Of a stretch of 64,000 nt of DNA, positions 12,778 through 23,925 are shown in pieces. Source of the stretch: Candidatus Eiseniibacteriota bacterium (GTDB lineage Bacteria > Eisenbacteria > RBG-16-71-46 > JABDJR01); contig CAWANH010000003.1 of the NCBI GenBank assembly GCA_963783375.1, forward strand, positions 160,001-224,000, written 5' to 3'. The notes under the pieces are model-generated. The model made no database searches. It saw only the letters and a list, made by a program, of their open reading frames with translations, and was not told the DNA's origin. Each line of letters begins with the position of its first letter. Within the stretch, counting starts at the first letter, position 1. The position numbers and the translations under genes are program-made.

Positions 12778-14166
12778 TCAGGACCGCCCGGGGTTCGGCC
12801 GTGCCAGGAGCCCGGCCAGGTCCCGTTCGGCCTGCCGCCGCGGGGTCGGGACCTCGAGCTCCAGGTAGAACGCACGCCGGTCCGCCGCCTCCGCGATCAA
12901 CGCCAGGGCAAAGACCGCGAAGAGCCCCGGCTGCGGCCGCGCGAGCCACACCACGGCCGGAGCGAAGAGGCCCGCGCCGAGGCGGAGGAGATCCAGGGCG
13001 AGGCGGTCCCGCCGGGAAACGCCCGCCCGCCGCCGCACATAGAGGCCCGCCTTCAGGAGGGCTGCCGCCCCGGCCAGCCACGGTTCCCGCGCGAGGATTC
13101 CGGCCATCAGGAGCCCGGTGACGAGAACGTCGGCGCTGTGGAGCGGCTTGGCCGTCCTGGCGCGGACCGGATCGTAGACCCGGTCCATGGCGAAGAGGGC
13201 CAGGAAGCCGACGAGCGCGCCCGCCCAACCCAGGGCCGGCGCCTTGAAGAGGAGGGCGAGCGCCGAGAGCCCCATGAAGATCTCGAAGCCCGCGATCTCG
13301 CGGCTCAGCCACGAGCGGCGAACGTTCAGGACCGCCCGCCACGCGCGAGTCTTCCGTCCCAGGTGCCGAACGCTCACCAGCATCGCCGCACCGCCTGCGG
13401 CCAGGAACAGCCAGGGATCGGGGGGGGACCCGCCGAGAAGCGCCGCCGCGAACCAGCCCACCAGGACCGAGGCCAGGAGGGAGAAGACCAGAAGCGGCCA
13501 CTCGCCGGCCAGGGTGATCTCCGAGGCCGGCCGCGCTCCTGCCGCGGTCGCCGGGCCACCGCCCGGGTTCCCGTCCGGCGCCCGTCCCCCCGGAGCGGTC
13601 GCGCCGTCGTCGGCGGCGAGGCTGCTCTCGGGCGGTCCCCCCTTCCCCCGGAGCGGGGTGAAGCGGATCGAGGGGCGGGGCGCCGGCGCCGGAAACCCCG
13701 GCACGCGGTCGGTGCCGGTGAGGCTTGCGAGGTCTCCACGGCCCAGGGCCCCGGTGGGGCATGCGGTGACGCAGGCCGGCTCCAGGCCCTCGGCCAGCCG
13801 GTGATCGCAGAAGGTGCACTTGGTCATGACCGCGGCCGCGTCGTCGTAGCGGAGGGCCTCGTAGGGGCAGGCCCAGGTGCAGTAGCGGCAGCCGATGCAG
13901 CGCTCGGCGTCGATGTTCACGATGCCGGAGGCCGGGTCCTTGCCGATGGCCAGGGCCGGGCAGGCCCGCTCGCAGGGCGCGTCGGCGCAGTGGTTGCACG
14001 CCAGGGACAGGTGGTAGGTGGGGAGGCCGGGGTGGCGCGGGGCGTTGAAGGTCACGATCTGCCGCCAGCTCCAGTCGAGGCCCAGCTCGTTCTCGATCGA
14101 GCAGGCCAGGCGGCAGGCCTCGCAGCCCGTGCACCGGTTGAGGTCGAGGGTGAACGCCTCGGTCAT
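12778..14166 (-). CDS. 4x[4Fe-4S] DmsB-like subunit fused to a DmsC-like membrane anchor
   Basis: CTGCEACRLAC, CNHCADAPCERAC, CIGCRYCTWAC and CTFC...CVTAC, followed by EWPLLVFS, HLG and SWLSRE anchor motifs. The ATG overlaps the upstream stop. Confidence 0.88.
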   Translation of the reverse strand: MTEAFTLDLNRCTGCEACRLACSIENELGLDWSWRQIVTFNAPRHPGLPTYHLSLACNHCADAPCERACPALAIGKDPASGIVNIDAERCIGCRYCTWACPYEALRYDDAAAVMTKCTFCDHRLAEGLEPACVTACPTGALGRGDLASLTGTDRVPGFPAPAPRPSIRFTPLRGKGGPPESSLAADDGATAPGGRAPDGNPGGGPATAAGARPASEITLAGEWPLLVFSLLASVLVGWFAAALLGGSPPDPWLFLAAGGAAMLVSVRHLGRKTRAWRAVLNVRRSWLSREIAGFEIFMGLSALALLFKAPALGWAGALVGFLALFAMDRVYDPVRARTAKPLHSADVLVTGLLMAGILAREPWLAGAAALLKAGLYVRRRAGVSRRDRLALDLLRLGAGLFAPAVVWLARPQPGLFAVFALALIAEAADRRAFYLELEVPTPRRQAERDLAGLLARPNPGRS

Positions 14167-16221
14167 CCGGCCTTCTCGACCTGGACCAGGTTGTCGTGGA
14201 AGGCGGCGCCGTGACCCATGTCGGTCTCCCGCCCCAGGGAGCAGAAATTCACCGTCCCCCCGTCGGTGATCCACCAGCCGTTGGTCACGGTCACGCATCC
14301 CCGGCGGAGACCGTGGTCCGCCCGGGCCTCCACCGTGAGCTCCCCCCGGTCGTTGAACACCCGCACCCGGTCCCCCTCGGCGACACCGCGCTCGGCCATG
14401 TCCTCGGGGTGCATGGCCACGGTGGGTTTCGGGCTCACCGCCCGGATCATCCGGAGGTTGTTGAACTGGGAGTGGATCCGGTTCTTGGTGTTGGGGGTCA
14501 TGAGATAGAGCGGATACTTCCGCGACTCGGCCGAGTCGCGCCGGACGGACTCCTCGGGCTCGACGTAGGCGGGAAGGGGGTCCACCCCCCATCGCCGCGC
14601 CGCCTCCTCCGACCGTAGCTCGATCTTCCCCGAAGGCGTTGGGAACACGAGATCGGCGAACGCGATCTCCTCGTGTCCCGGGGCCAGGATCGGCCCTTCC
14701 CTCAGGCGGGCCAGGGTCAACCCGGGGAAGGGGGCCAGGCGGGTTTCCAACCACGCTTCGATCTCCCCGTCCGAGGCCCCGGGGAAGGCGCTGTCGATCG
14801 CTTCCTGCGGGAACCCCAGGCGTTCGGCCAGGAGCCGGTAGATCTCGCTCTCCGGCTTCACCTCTCCCGGGGGCTCCAGCACCTTCTGCTTGAGCTGGAT
14901 GTAGGGGTGCCAGTAGGCCCCGATCACGTCGGACTGCTCGAACAGCGTCTTGGCCGGAAGCACCAGGTCCGCCTCGCGGGCGGTGTCGGTCAGGAACTGC
15001 TCCACCACCACCCGGAACTCGAGCTTCCGGATCGCTTCGAGAACGGTGTTGGTCTCCGGGTTCTGGGTGACCGGGTTCCCCCGCTCCACCCAGAGCATCC
15101 GGAGTTCGGGGTCGCGCTGGGCGAGCATGTCCCGGCCGAGCCGGGCGGTGGAGACGGAGACGCGCGCCACGCCGTCCGGCCGCTCCGGCGGATAGAAGGC
15201 GATCGGGTCCTTCATCTCGTCGAAGATCGAGGTCTGGAGGTTGGCGAACTGCCAGCCCGCCCCCGGCCGGCCGAAGTTCCCGGTGAGGGCCAAGGAGCGC
15301 CAGCATCGCCCGCATGGTCTGGCCGCTGTTGGTGTAGCGCTGCATGCCGTAGCCCGCGGAAATCGTAGCCGGGCGGTGCTCGGCGAAGAGCGCGGCCAGG
15401 CGTTCGATATAGGGCGAGGGGACGTCGGTGATCGCCGCCGCCCGCTCCGGGGTGAAATCGCGCACCAGGGCCTCGAAGGCGTCGTACCCAAGGACGTGCC
15501 GTTCGATGAAGTCGCGGTTCACCGCACCGTCCCGGATGAGCGCGTGGGCCACGGCCAGGGCGAGGGCGCCGTCGGAGCCGGGCCGGCACTGGATCAAGAG
15601 GTCGGCCCGGTCCGCGCTCGCGGTGCGACGGGGGTCCACCACCACGAGCTTCCCCCCCGCGGCCTGGGCCTCGTCGATGAAGCGGGTCTGGTGGATGTTG
15701 GTCTCGGCGGCGTTCTTCCCCCAGAGCACGATGAGCCGGGCGTTGGCCAGGTCCCAGGGGGCGCTGTGAAGGTTCTTCCCGAGGGTGAGCCGCGAGGCCT
15801 CGAGGCCGGCCGGCCAGCAAAGGTCGCCGTAGGTGGTGGTGTATCCCCCGTAGAGCCGCCAGAACGCCGACCCCAGACGGTTGAGCAATCCCTTGGTCCC
15901 GCTGGCCGCGTAGTAGAGCACGCTCTGGGGGCCGGGGTCCTGCTCGAGCGCGGTCAGCGTCTCGGCGATGCGGTCGAGAGCGTGGTCCCAGCTGACGCGG
16001 CGGAAGGCGCCCGATCGCGGCCCCCGCTCCAGGGGGAAGAGGATCCGGTCGGGAGAGGTCGCCCGCCCCACGTAGCTCAGACCCTTGAGACAAACGCCCT
16101 CGGGAGTGGCGCGGTTGTCGGGATGGGGCTCGATCCGGCGCACGCGACCGTCTTCCACGTGCACCTTCATGGTGCAGGTGCTGTAGCAGTTCCGCGGACA
16201 GGCGGTGGTGTAGACGGGCAT
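14163..16221 (-). CDS. Molybdopterin oxidoreductase catalytic subunit (DMSO reductase superfamily), frameshift near 15293
   Basis: CPRNCYSTC...CLKG FS0 motif, VVVDPRRT, GDLCW, ADLVLPA, TPSGKIEL and a C-terminal dinucleotide-binding domain, split over two frames. Confidence 0.88.
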
Positions 16222-16543
16222 GGGGTGGAGACCTCCGGATCGCTCGGACAGCGACTCGACTTCCGGACGCCCCGGAGCATATCAGGCCGAAGGTCTCCCT
16301 GCCGAGGCGGAAGGGAACGGTCGGCGTCCTCGACGTGCAAAACTGCTTCCGGGGAGAGGCAATGCGCCGGAAGGTGGTGTTCGTGGACCATCTCACGTTG
16401 GTCGGTCATTTGATGGGATTCCGGCCCCGACCGCCGGGGCGAACCCCGGAGATGATCGGGGCATTATTCCCGTCTGTCGGCTTTGTTCTCTTGACCGTCC
16501 TGCTCCCGCTAGGGGTCCGGTAGGTACCCGGCCGGCCGAAGAA

Positions 16544-18856
16544 TCAGACCTCGAAACCCATCTTCCGGAGGAACGCCGGCCAGCGGGGATCGCGCTGCAG
16601 CGCGGTCAGCACCGGAATGGACTTCACCATGCTCGCCCCCGAGTCGCGGGTGTCCACCGCCCGGTCCATCCAGTGGAAGGCGTCGTCCACCTCGCCCCGG
16701 ATCGCGTGGAGGATGGCGATCTGGATCGCGGAGTCCTCGGGGTGCTCGGCCTTGAGCTTCTCGAGCGCCGCCCGCGACTCGGCCTCCCGCCCCATGGCGA
16801 AGTACACGTCGCCGAGAGCGAGTAGCCGGGCGAACTCCGCGGGCTCCCGCTCGGCGTGGGACAGCGCCTCATCGAGCCGGCCCATCCGGCAAAGGATGCT
16901 GGCCAGGATGCTGTGACACACGATCCGCTGCGGGGCCAGCTCCAGCGCCTTGAGGTAGGCGGTTTCCGCCTCCTCGAACCGTAGAGCCGAGAAGTAGACC
17001 CGGCCCAGGCGGGCGTATGCGTTCGAGCTCAGGGGATCCAGCGCGGTTACCTTCTCGGCGAACGCCACCGCCTCCTCGGCCCGCCCCAGATACGAGGCCA
17101 GCTCCCCCGCCTCCTGGATCACGTCCAGGCTGTCCGGGGCCAGCGCCAGGGCGCGGGCCGACGACGCCTGCGCCCCCTTCCAGTCCCACTCGTACATCCG
17201 CTGGACCCGGGAGAGCATGACGTACCCCTCGGCCAGGTCGGGTTCGATGGCCAGCGCCCGCTCGGCCGCCTCGCGCGCCCTCGGCCAGCCCTCGTCCACG
17301 GGAACCCACCCGTAGCCCCCCTGGAGGCCGAAGGCAAGGGAAAGGGCCGCCCACGCCCGGGCGTGGCCGGGATCCAGATCCACCGCCCGGCGGAGGTATC
17401 CGACCCCCTTCTCGACGTCCGCTTCGCTCAACCGGTCGATGAAGTGCCTTCCCTGGAGGAACAGGCGGTGGGCCTCTGCGTTCCCCCCGCGGCCGGCAGC
17501 GGCGGCGGCGACCTCGGCGCGCGCCTCGCGGCTGGCGGTGGAATCCTCCGACTCCCCCAGGAGCGTGGTGCGGAGCTCCTTCACCACCGATTGCGCGATG
17601 TCGTCCTGCACCGCGAAGATGTCGTCCAGGGTCCGGTCGTAGGTCTCGGACCAGAGCGGATAGCCGTCGGCGACCTTGACCAGCTGCACGGTGACCCGCA
17701 CCCGGTTTCCCGCCTTGCGCACGCTCCCCTCCAGGACGGTGGCCACCTTGAGGGCGCGACCGATCTCGGCGATCGTCGCCTCCTTGCCCTTGAAGGTGGA
17801 CGACGACGTCCGCGCCGCCACCCGGAGGCCACGGACCTTCACCAGAACGCTCAGAAGCTCGTCGGCGAGACCATCGGAGAAGTATTCATCCTCGGGGTCG
17901 CGGCTCCGGTTCACGAACGGCAGCACCGCGATCGACGGCGCATCCGTATTCGGGGGCGCGGGCTTCGCTACCGGGGAAGGAGCCGCGGCCGCCGGCCGTG
18001 ACGCCGTCTCCCGCTGGAGGATTTCCAGCTCGTTCCGCACGTCCTTGGCGGTCTGGAACCGCCGCTCGCGGTCCTTCTCCAGGCAGCGCGACACGATCCG
18101 ACCGAGATCGCGGGGCAGCTCGGCGCGGAGGTCGCGGAGCGGAACCGGCGTGTCGCGAAGAATCGCCGAGGTCACGTCCGCGGACGATTCACCCGAGAAT
18201 GGCCGCCGCCCGGTCGCCATCTCGTAGAGGATGATGCCCAGGGCGAAGAGGTCGCTGCGCGCGTCCACCGGCTCGCCCCGGATCTGCTCGGGAGCCATGT
18301 AGGGGACGGTCCCGAAGAGCTGGCCGGCCTCGGAGATCGGCGACTGCATGGTCACCATCCGGGTGGCTTCCTGCTCCGGATCCTCCTGGGCCAGCTTGGC
18401 CAGCCCGAAGTCCAGCACCTTCACCCGCCCGTCGTGAGCCACCATGATGTTCGCGGGCTTCAGATCGCGGTGCACCACGCCCCTCTCATGGGCCGCGGAC
18501 AGGGCGTCGGCCAGGGGAATCGAGAGCTCGAGGAGACGGGCGACGGGGAGGCCCCCCGGGGCGATGACGGTGTCCAGGCCCCGGCCCGTCACCAGCTCCA
18601 TGGTGAGGAAGCGCACCCCCTCCGCCTCCTCGATGGAGTGGAGGACCACGATGTTGGGGTGGGTGAGCCCGGCCACGGTGCGGGCCTCGCGCTCGAACCG
18701 GGCAAGACGGCCGGCATCCCGGGCCAGGGCGTCGGGAAGCACCTTGAGGGCCACGTCGCGCCCCAAACGCTCGTCGCGGGCCCGGTACACCTCCCCCATT
18801 CCCCCCGCGCCGATCTTCTCGGTGACGGTGTAGTGGGCCAGGGTGCGACCGATCAT
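16544..18856 (-). CDS. Hanks-type Ser/Thr kinase + TolB-N-like domain + TPR (paralog 1)
   Basis: GAGGMGEV, VALK, HRDLKPAN, DFG, GTVPYMAPE, then SIAVLPFVNRS...EYFSDGLADEL and TPR helices. No TM segment. Confidence 0.93.
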   Translation of the reverse strand: MIGRTLAHYTVTEKIGAGGMGEVYRARDERLGRDVALKVLPDALARDAGRLARFEREARTVAGLTHPNIVVLHSIEEAEGVRFLTMELVTGRGLDTVIAPGGLPVARLLELSIPLADALSAAHERGVVHRDLKPANIMVAHDGRVKVLDFGLAKLAQEDPEQEATRMVTMQSPISEAGQLFGTVPYMAPEQIRGEPVDARSDLFALGIILYEMATGRRPFSGESSADVTSAILRDTPVPLRDLRAELPRDLGRIVSRCLEKDRERRFQTAKDVRNELEILQRETASRPAAAAPSPVAKPAPPNTDAPSIAVLPFVNRSRDPEDEYFSDGLADELLSVLVKVRGLRVAARTSSSTFKGKEATIAEIGRALKVATVLEGSVRKAGNRVRVTVQLVKVADGYPLWSETYDRTLDDIFAVQDDIAQSVVKELRTTLLGESEDSTASREARAEVAAAAAGRGGNAEAHRLFLQGRHFIDRLSEADVEKGVGYLRRAVDLDPGHARAWAALSLAFGLQGGYGWVPVDEGWPRAREAAERALAIEPDLAEGYVMLSRVQRMYEWDWKGAQASSARALALAPDSLDVIQEAGELASYLGRAEEAVAFAEKVTALDPLSSNAYARLGRVYFSALRFEEAETAYLKALELAPQRIVCHSILASILCRMGRLDEALSHAEREPAEFARLLALGDVYFAMGREAESRAALEKLKAEHPEDSAIQIAILHAIRGEVDDAFHWMDRAVDTRDSGASMVKSIPVLTALQRDPRWPAFLRKMGFEV

Positions 18857-18991
18857 GGGGTGCTCCGGAATAGGTTGGGTGAGACGCCGCGACAGACTTT
18901 ACCCGATGATCTGCCGCGCTCCAAGCCGACAACCGCTCCGGGATGGAAGCGCGGGGCGGGTCTCCCGCGCCTTTCTTCCGCCGCCGTTCCT

Positions 18992-20113
18992 TCAGGTGCT
19001 CCGCCGCCAAATGGCGGGACGGGCCTCTCCGTTCTCCCCGCTCTGCAGGGATCCCGCGGCCCAGATCGAGCCGTCCGGGGCCTGGGCCAGCCGCCGAATG
19101 CGGGCGGACGGAATGGCTGCTTCGCGCTCGATCCCTTCTCCCGACGGCCACCGGAGGATGAATCCGGTGTCCATGCCGCAGGCGAGATAGAGGGTGCCGT
19201 CCGCGGCGATCAGGATGTCGTTCACCCTTTCCAGGGCCTCCGGATCGGGGAGCACGATCTCGGCCCAATCTCCGGCCACGGATCGAAGCAGGAGGAAGGC
19301 GGTGTACTCGTCGGCGCCGCCGGCAAAATTCGTGATCGCCCCACCCAGGAGGATCCCCCCGGGGGCGCTCACCGCCACCGCGCCGAACTCCCGGTTGGAG
19401 CAGCCGCCGCAGGGGACGTCGATCCGGTCCCAGCCCGATCCGCGGTGCAGGAACAACACTCCGTTCGGGGATTCGGGGGTTCCCTCGGCCCCGTCGTCGA
19501 ATCCGCAGGCGGCCCAGAGCCCGTTCCGGGTCGCAATGTCGTCCAGACCGCGCTCGTTCCGGTTCGCGGGGAAGGGCAGCGTCTCCGGGGTCCATACGTC
19601 GGCGGCGGTGCTGACCATCACCTGCTGGCTCCCGATTGCTCCTCCCCCGAACCGAAGCGTGTCGCCGTTCGCCGCGAACGCGGTTCCGCCGAAGTCGAAT
19701 TCGTGACGGCTCCAGCCGTCCCGTTCGTCGAGGATGAATCCCCCCGCCGTCGGGTCCGCTCCCGCCACCACCGCCTCACCGGCGGGGGCGACGCCGACGG
19801 CGGACAACAACCCCTCGGCCGGTAGCGGGACCCCGGTGACCGGAGTCCACGCGCCGTCCTCACCGAGCGAGGCGAGAAACGGGGCGAAGGTCTGAACGGG
19901 GACGGTTCCCCCCACGCCCGCTCCCGCCGCCAGGCCCCGGGTCGCCGAGAACGCCAGCCCGAGGACGTAACCCTTCTCCGGGGCCGCGGTGAAGGTGGTT
20001 GCCTCCCAGGGGCCCAGGAGGTCCGGACGGGTCGGATCATCATTGCAGGCGAGGAGCAGGGTGGCGGAGCAAAGCGCCACGATTCCCAGCACCGACAGGT
20101 TCACGCGTTTCAT
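18992..20113 (-). CDS. Lipoprotein, predicted beta-propeller
   Basis: Lipobox LLLAC and repeated G-x-W blade-like motifs. Confidence 0.7.
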   Translation of the reverse strand: MKRVNLSVLGIVALCSATLLLACNDDPTRPDLLGPWEATTFTAAPEKGYVLGLAFSATRGLAAGAGVGGTVPVQTFAPFLASLGEDGAWTPVTGVPLPAEGLLSAVGVAPAGEAVVAGADPTAGGFILDERDGWSRHEFDFGGTAFAANGDTLRFGGGAIGSQQVMVSTAADVWTPETLPFPANRNERGLDDIATRNGLWAACGFDDGAEGTPESPNGVLFLHRGSGWDRIDVPCGGCSNREFGAVAVSAPGGILLGGAITNFAGGADEYTAFLLLRSVAGDWAEIVLPDPEALERVNDILIAADGTLYLACGMDTGFILRWPSGEGIEREAAIPSARIRRLAQAPDGSIWAAGSLQSGENGEARPAIWRRST

Positions 20114-20199
20114 CTCACAGCCTCACCATCTTCCCGCGGCCCTGGCAGGAATCCCCCAAGATGGGAGGGCACCGTCCCCCTCCGTCTCCGCATCAACCT

Positions 20200-20240
20200 A
20201 ACAGAAGCAGGGACCGCGGTCCTCTCGGGCCGCGGTCCCC
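20200..20240 (-). terminator. Intrinsic terminator
   Basis: gggaccgcgg / ccgcggtccc stem followed on the minus strand by tgcttctgtt. Confidence 0.6.
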
Positions 20241-20299
20241 TCTCTAAGCCTGAAGCGCGGATGATCCCCGCGAGGATTCTCGATAGCTTTCGACCTGGG

Positions 20300-21283
20300 T
20301 TACTCCTGGGTCGACGGATCCGAACCCGCGTCGGACGAACCATAGGCCTGCTTGATGGCGCCCCATGAAGCCTGCTTTGTCGGTGTGGGAGACTCGCAGA
20401 CCTTCCAGCACCCGCCCGCGTAGCTGGTGACGTACAGGCAGTTGTTGCAGAAGGTGATGCCGGCCGGCCTGGTCAGGGTTGCCCAGACGGTCTTGGTTCC
20501 GTCCGGCTTGACCCGGTAGATCTTGCCGTCGGACATGTCCGAGGCGAACATGTCGCCGCCGAAGCTCCCGCCGGTCGCCCAGTCGAACTGCTCCGGACCG
20601 ACCATTCCCCCCGTGAACAAGGTCGCGCTACCGCCGCTATCGACGGTCACGATCCCGACGCCGAGGCTCCCGGCGGCGCTGGTCGCGTAGAGCCCGGTTC
20701 CCCAGGCCCCACCCGGCCCGAACCGGAAGTAGGAGGACTGGAAGTTGGCGAACGGCGTGATCACGCCCCCGGGGGTGACCGTGCTGATCGCTCCGAAGTA
20801 GGAGATGGCGAAGAGGTCGGTGCTGTAGGCGCCGGTGGGATCGAAGGTCACGTCGCTCACGTTGGGGAAGTTGACGAACAGGGACGGCGACCCCGATGGA
20901 TCGAGACGGGTGATGCGACCGGAGCCGTACGAGGCCACGTAGAGGTAGGTGCCGAAGTCGTTGGCGGGACCGGGGCCGAAGGCCATGCCCACCGGGAACT
21001 GGATATCGGGAGCACCCGAGGCGAACGGGGAGGGATCGTCGAGGAAGTCGATGCGCTCGACGGCGTCGCCGCTGCTGTCGTCGATGTAGACGTAGTCGCC
21101 CCACACGCCGCCCGGGCTGCACGCCGCCCCCTTGGGGCCGGTGGAAGTACCAAGGACGGTCACGTCGAAGCCCGATTCGTTCAGGGTGAACTGGGCGGAT
21201 GCCGTCCCCGGGGTCATGCAAAAGACCATCGTCGCCAAGACCGCCGGGCTCATCGCGGCAGTCAGTATTCGCCTTGCTGTCAT
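20300..21283 (-). CDS. Secreted NHL/SMP-30-like beta-propeller with C-terminal SWGAIKQAY motif
   Basis: Signal peptide ending TASA-Q, repeats such as PVGMAFGP...LYVAS and FDPTG...LFA. AGGAGG RBS before the ATG at 21283. Confidence 0.75.
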   Translation of the reverse strand: MTARRILTAAMSPAVLATMVFCMTPGTASAQFTLNESGFDVTVLGTSTGPKGAACSPGGVWGDYVYIDDSSGDAVERIDFLDDPSPFASGAPDIQFPVGMAFGPGPANDFGTYLYVASYGSGRITRLDPSGSPSLFVNFPNVSDVTFDPTGAYSTDLFAISYFGAISTVTPGGVITPFANFQSSYFRFGPGGAWGTGLYATSAAGSLGVGIVTVDSGGSATLFTGGMVGPEQFDWATGGSFGGDMFASDMSDGKIYRVKPDGTKTVWATLTRPAGITFCNNCLYVTSYAGGCWKVCESPTPTKQASWGAIKQAYGSSDAGSDPSTQE

Positions 21284-21375
21284 CTGGATCCTCCTGAGGT
21301 GCGGTGGGGTGCTTCCCGCTCGGAGTGCCCTGTCGGCTCCATCGTGCACGGGGTTTGGTTGCGGGTTGACGACCA

Positions 21376-21384
21376 ATTCTATCA
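21376..21384 (-). promoter_or_regulatory. Extended -10 element
   Basis: TGATAGAAT on the minus strand about 90 nt upstream of the ATG at 21283. Confidence 0.4.
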
Positions 21385-21579
21385 TGAATCGAGCTGAGTT
21401 CGAGCCGTCGGATCAGGTTTCGAGGCTTCAAATCGCGTTTTTGCCCGAGGCTCGAGATCGGATTATCGGAACGACGGGGTTTAAGCAAGTTGGCGGAGGG
21501 ATGACCGGCTGTCCGGCCGGAGGGATCGAGCGGTGCAAGGGCGGCGGGTCCGGACGAAGGGCCACCGGCTCCGGGGACC

Positions 21580-23925
21580 CGCGAGCTAGAAGCTGCCTCG
21601 CCTCCGACGAAGTCCGCCAGTCCCATGCGCTTCAGAACCTCCCGGATACCGCGGTTCGTTCAGCAGGTCGAGGTGCGGCTCGAGGCAGGAGAATTCGAGG
21701 ATGCGCGGAACTCAGCGCCGAACGCTGACGGTAGGTCTCTTCGATGCCGTCGAGCACCTTGTCCTTTTCGCCGAGAGCGGAGTCGATGTAGGCCGAGGAC
21801 CACCGGATCCACCGCGACGCTTTCGGTGTCCCGTAGTCCTGACTTGAATCGCGAGGGCCTTCTCCCGGTCGCCGGCCGCCCCGTAGACCCGGGCCACCCA
21901 GGACCGGGCCAGTGGCGTTCCCCCACCGTGAAGCGCGGCCTCCGCCAGTTTGATCTCGGCCACCGCTTCATCGTGGCGGCCCTGTCTCGAGTAGGTGTTG
22001 GCCAGCTTGATGTGCCCCCAGATCCAGTCGGGATGGAGGGCGATGGCCGCGGTGAACTCGCGGACGGCCCGTTCGTAGTCCCCCATGAGCATGCAGACGA
22101 ATGCCACGGCATGAGTCGGGTTGGGAGAAACCGGGTCCAACCGCCTGGCCCGCTCCGCCATCTCCAGGGCCTCGGGCAGGCGATTCTGCGGTGCCCAGGA
22201 AGTCGGCGTATTCCAGGTGTGGGACGTCCCGTCCCGGCCCCGCCTCGACGGCGCGGCGGTGGGCCTCATCCGCCCCTTCCCAGTCCCAGTCGAACGCCCG
22301 CATCATGCCGAGAGCGGTCTGGGCCTCGGGGAGGTCGGGATCGAGGCGGACGGCGGTTCGGGCCGCGGCCCGGGCCCGTCGCCTGGCTTCCTGCTGGTCC
22401 AGAATGTTGTGAAGGCTCTGAATCATGTAGGACTCGGCCAGCGCGGCATGGGGCAACGCGTAGTTTGGGTCGCGTTCCGCCGCTTCCTCCAGGTACTCCG
22501 CTCCCTTGACCATCTGGGTGGCGCTCCCAATGAGCAAGGACTTGCCCTTGAGATAGAGCAGGTACGCCTGGGGATCGACCTGGTTCTCGACCAGACGAGC
22601 CACCTCATCGCTGGAGAGGGCGTCCTTGAGTTGCCGGGCGAGGTTTCGGCGAGGTCCCGCTCCATCGACGCGGCTTCGGCCAGCGGCCGGTCGTAGCGAT
22701 CGCCCCAGAGACGGCGGCCGTCGGGTACCCCCACCAGCTCGACGTTCAATACCAGGCGATCCCTCCGGGGGCGGAGATCTCCCAGCACCAAGGCGTCGAC
22801 CCCGAGCCGTTCGCCCAGGACCGGGATATCCCGGGGCTCGTCCCGCAGGGCGAAGGTCGCGTGCCGGGAGATGACCCTGAGATCCGGGATCCGCGCCAGG
22901 GTGGCGATGAGGTTCTCGGCCAGGCCTTCGCAGAGGTACTCCGCGTCCTCGTCCTTGGACCCGTTCTCGAACGGCATGACCGCCACCGATTCGATCCGGG
23001 AGAGCTCATCCTCGGGGGGCTTGCTCCGGGCGGGCCGCCGGATGCCGAAGGTCCGCCGGCTGGGCGGCAAGATCTGGAGCGCCGCGAGGAGGGCTCCGGC
23101 GTTACGAAACCGCTGCTCCGGGTTCTTCGCCAGGCACCGGTGGACGATCCTGGACAGGGACCGGGAGACGGCGCCATTCAGACCGTCCACGGCTTCCGGA
23201 GCGTGTCCCTGGATCCGCTCGAAGGTCTCGCGCGGGGTCCGGCCGGCGAAGGGTCGCTTCCCGGCCAGCATTTCGTAGAGCACGACACCCAGGCTGAAGA
23301 CGTCGGTTCGCGCGTCCAAGTCGGTTCCCAGGGTCTGCTCGGGGCTCATGTAGGGGACGGTCCCCAGGATCTCTCCCGCCTGCGTCATCCCGCCGTCGAC
23401 CTCGGGATCGAGAGCCATCGTCTTCACCAGAGGATCGGCATCGTAAGCGGGATCGTACCCGAGCCGGGCCAGGCCGAAGTCCAGCACCTTCACCTGCCCG
23501 CGATCGGTGATCATCACGTTCCCGGGCTTGATGTCGCGGTGGACGATGTGACGGGCGTGGGCGTCGGCCAGGGCATCGGCGATCTGGATGCCGATCGAGA
23601 CGGCCTCTCCGATCGGAAGGCCGCCCCGCGCGATGCGGTCGGTCAGTGTCACCCCATCGATGTGCTCCATGACGATGTAGCTCATGCCGTCGGTGTCGCC
23701 CACGTCGTAGATGTGGGCCACGTTGGGATGCTTGAGGGCCGACGCCGATCGCGCCTCCACCGTGAACCGGCGGCGGCGCACGGCGTCCGCGGCCAGTTCC
23801 GGGGGTAGCACCTTGAGGGCCACGGTGCGCTTCAAACGGACGTCCTCGGCCAGATACACCGCCCCCATGCCGCCCTCCCCCACCTTGCGGAGGATTCTGT
23901 AGTGGGAAATGGTCGTGCCGATCAA
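21580..23925 (-). CDS. Ser/Thr kinase + TolB-N-like + TPR (paralog 2), several frameshifts, 3' end approximate
   Basis: TTG start LIGTTISHY, GEGGMGAV, HRDIKPGN, DFG, GTVPYMSPE and SVAVMPFEN. TPR segments continue in other frames (breaks near 22640, 22190 and 21840). Confidence 0.8.

Noticed and set aside
12778-16221. Single 1147-aa DmsA-B-C fusion as given by the ORF track
   Set aside because: The middle part is out-of-frame sequence caused by the frameshift near 15293. The true catalytic C-half is in ORF 14163..15491 with its own stop.
16222-16543. Moco riboswitch or small ORF upstream of the molybdoenzyme
   Set aside because: No recognisable Moco motif is present, and the short ORFs lack an RBS or family motifs.
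21284-21375. Riboswitch in the leader of the secreted propeller gene
   Set aside because: There is only a superficial resemblance to c-di-GMP-I (ACAGGGCA). The conserved GNRA/receptor and GCAAAG elements are absent.
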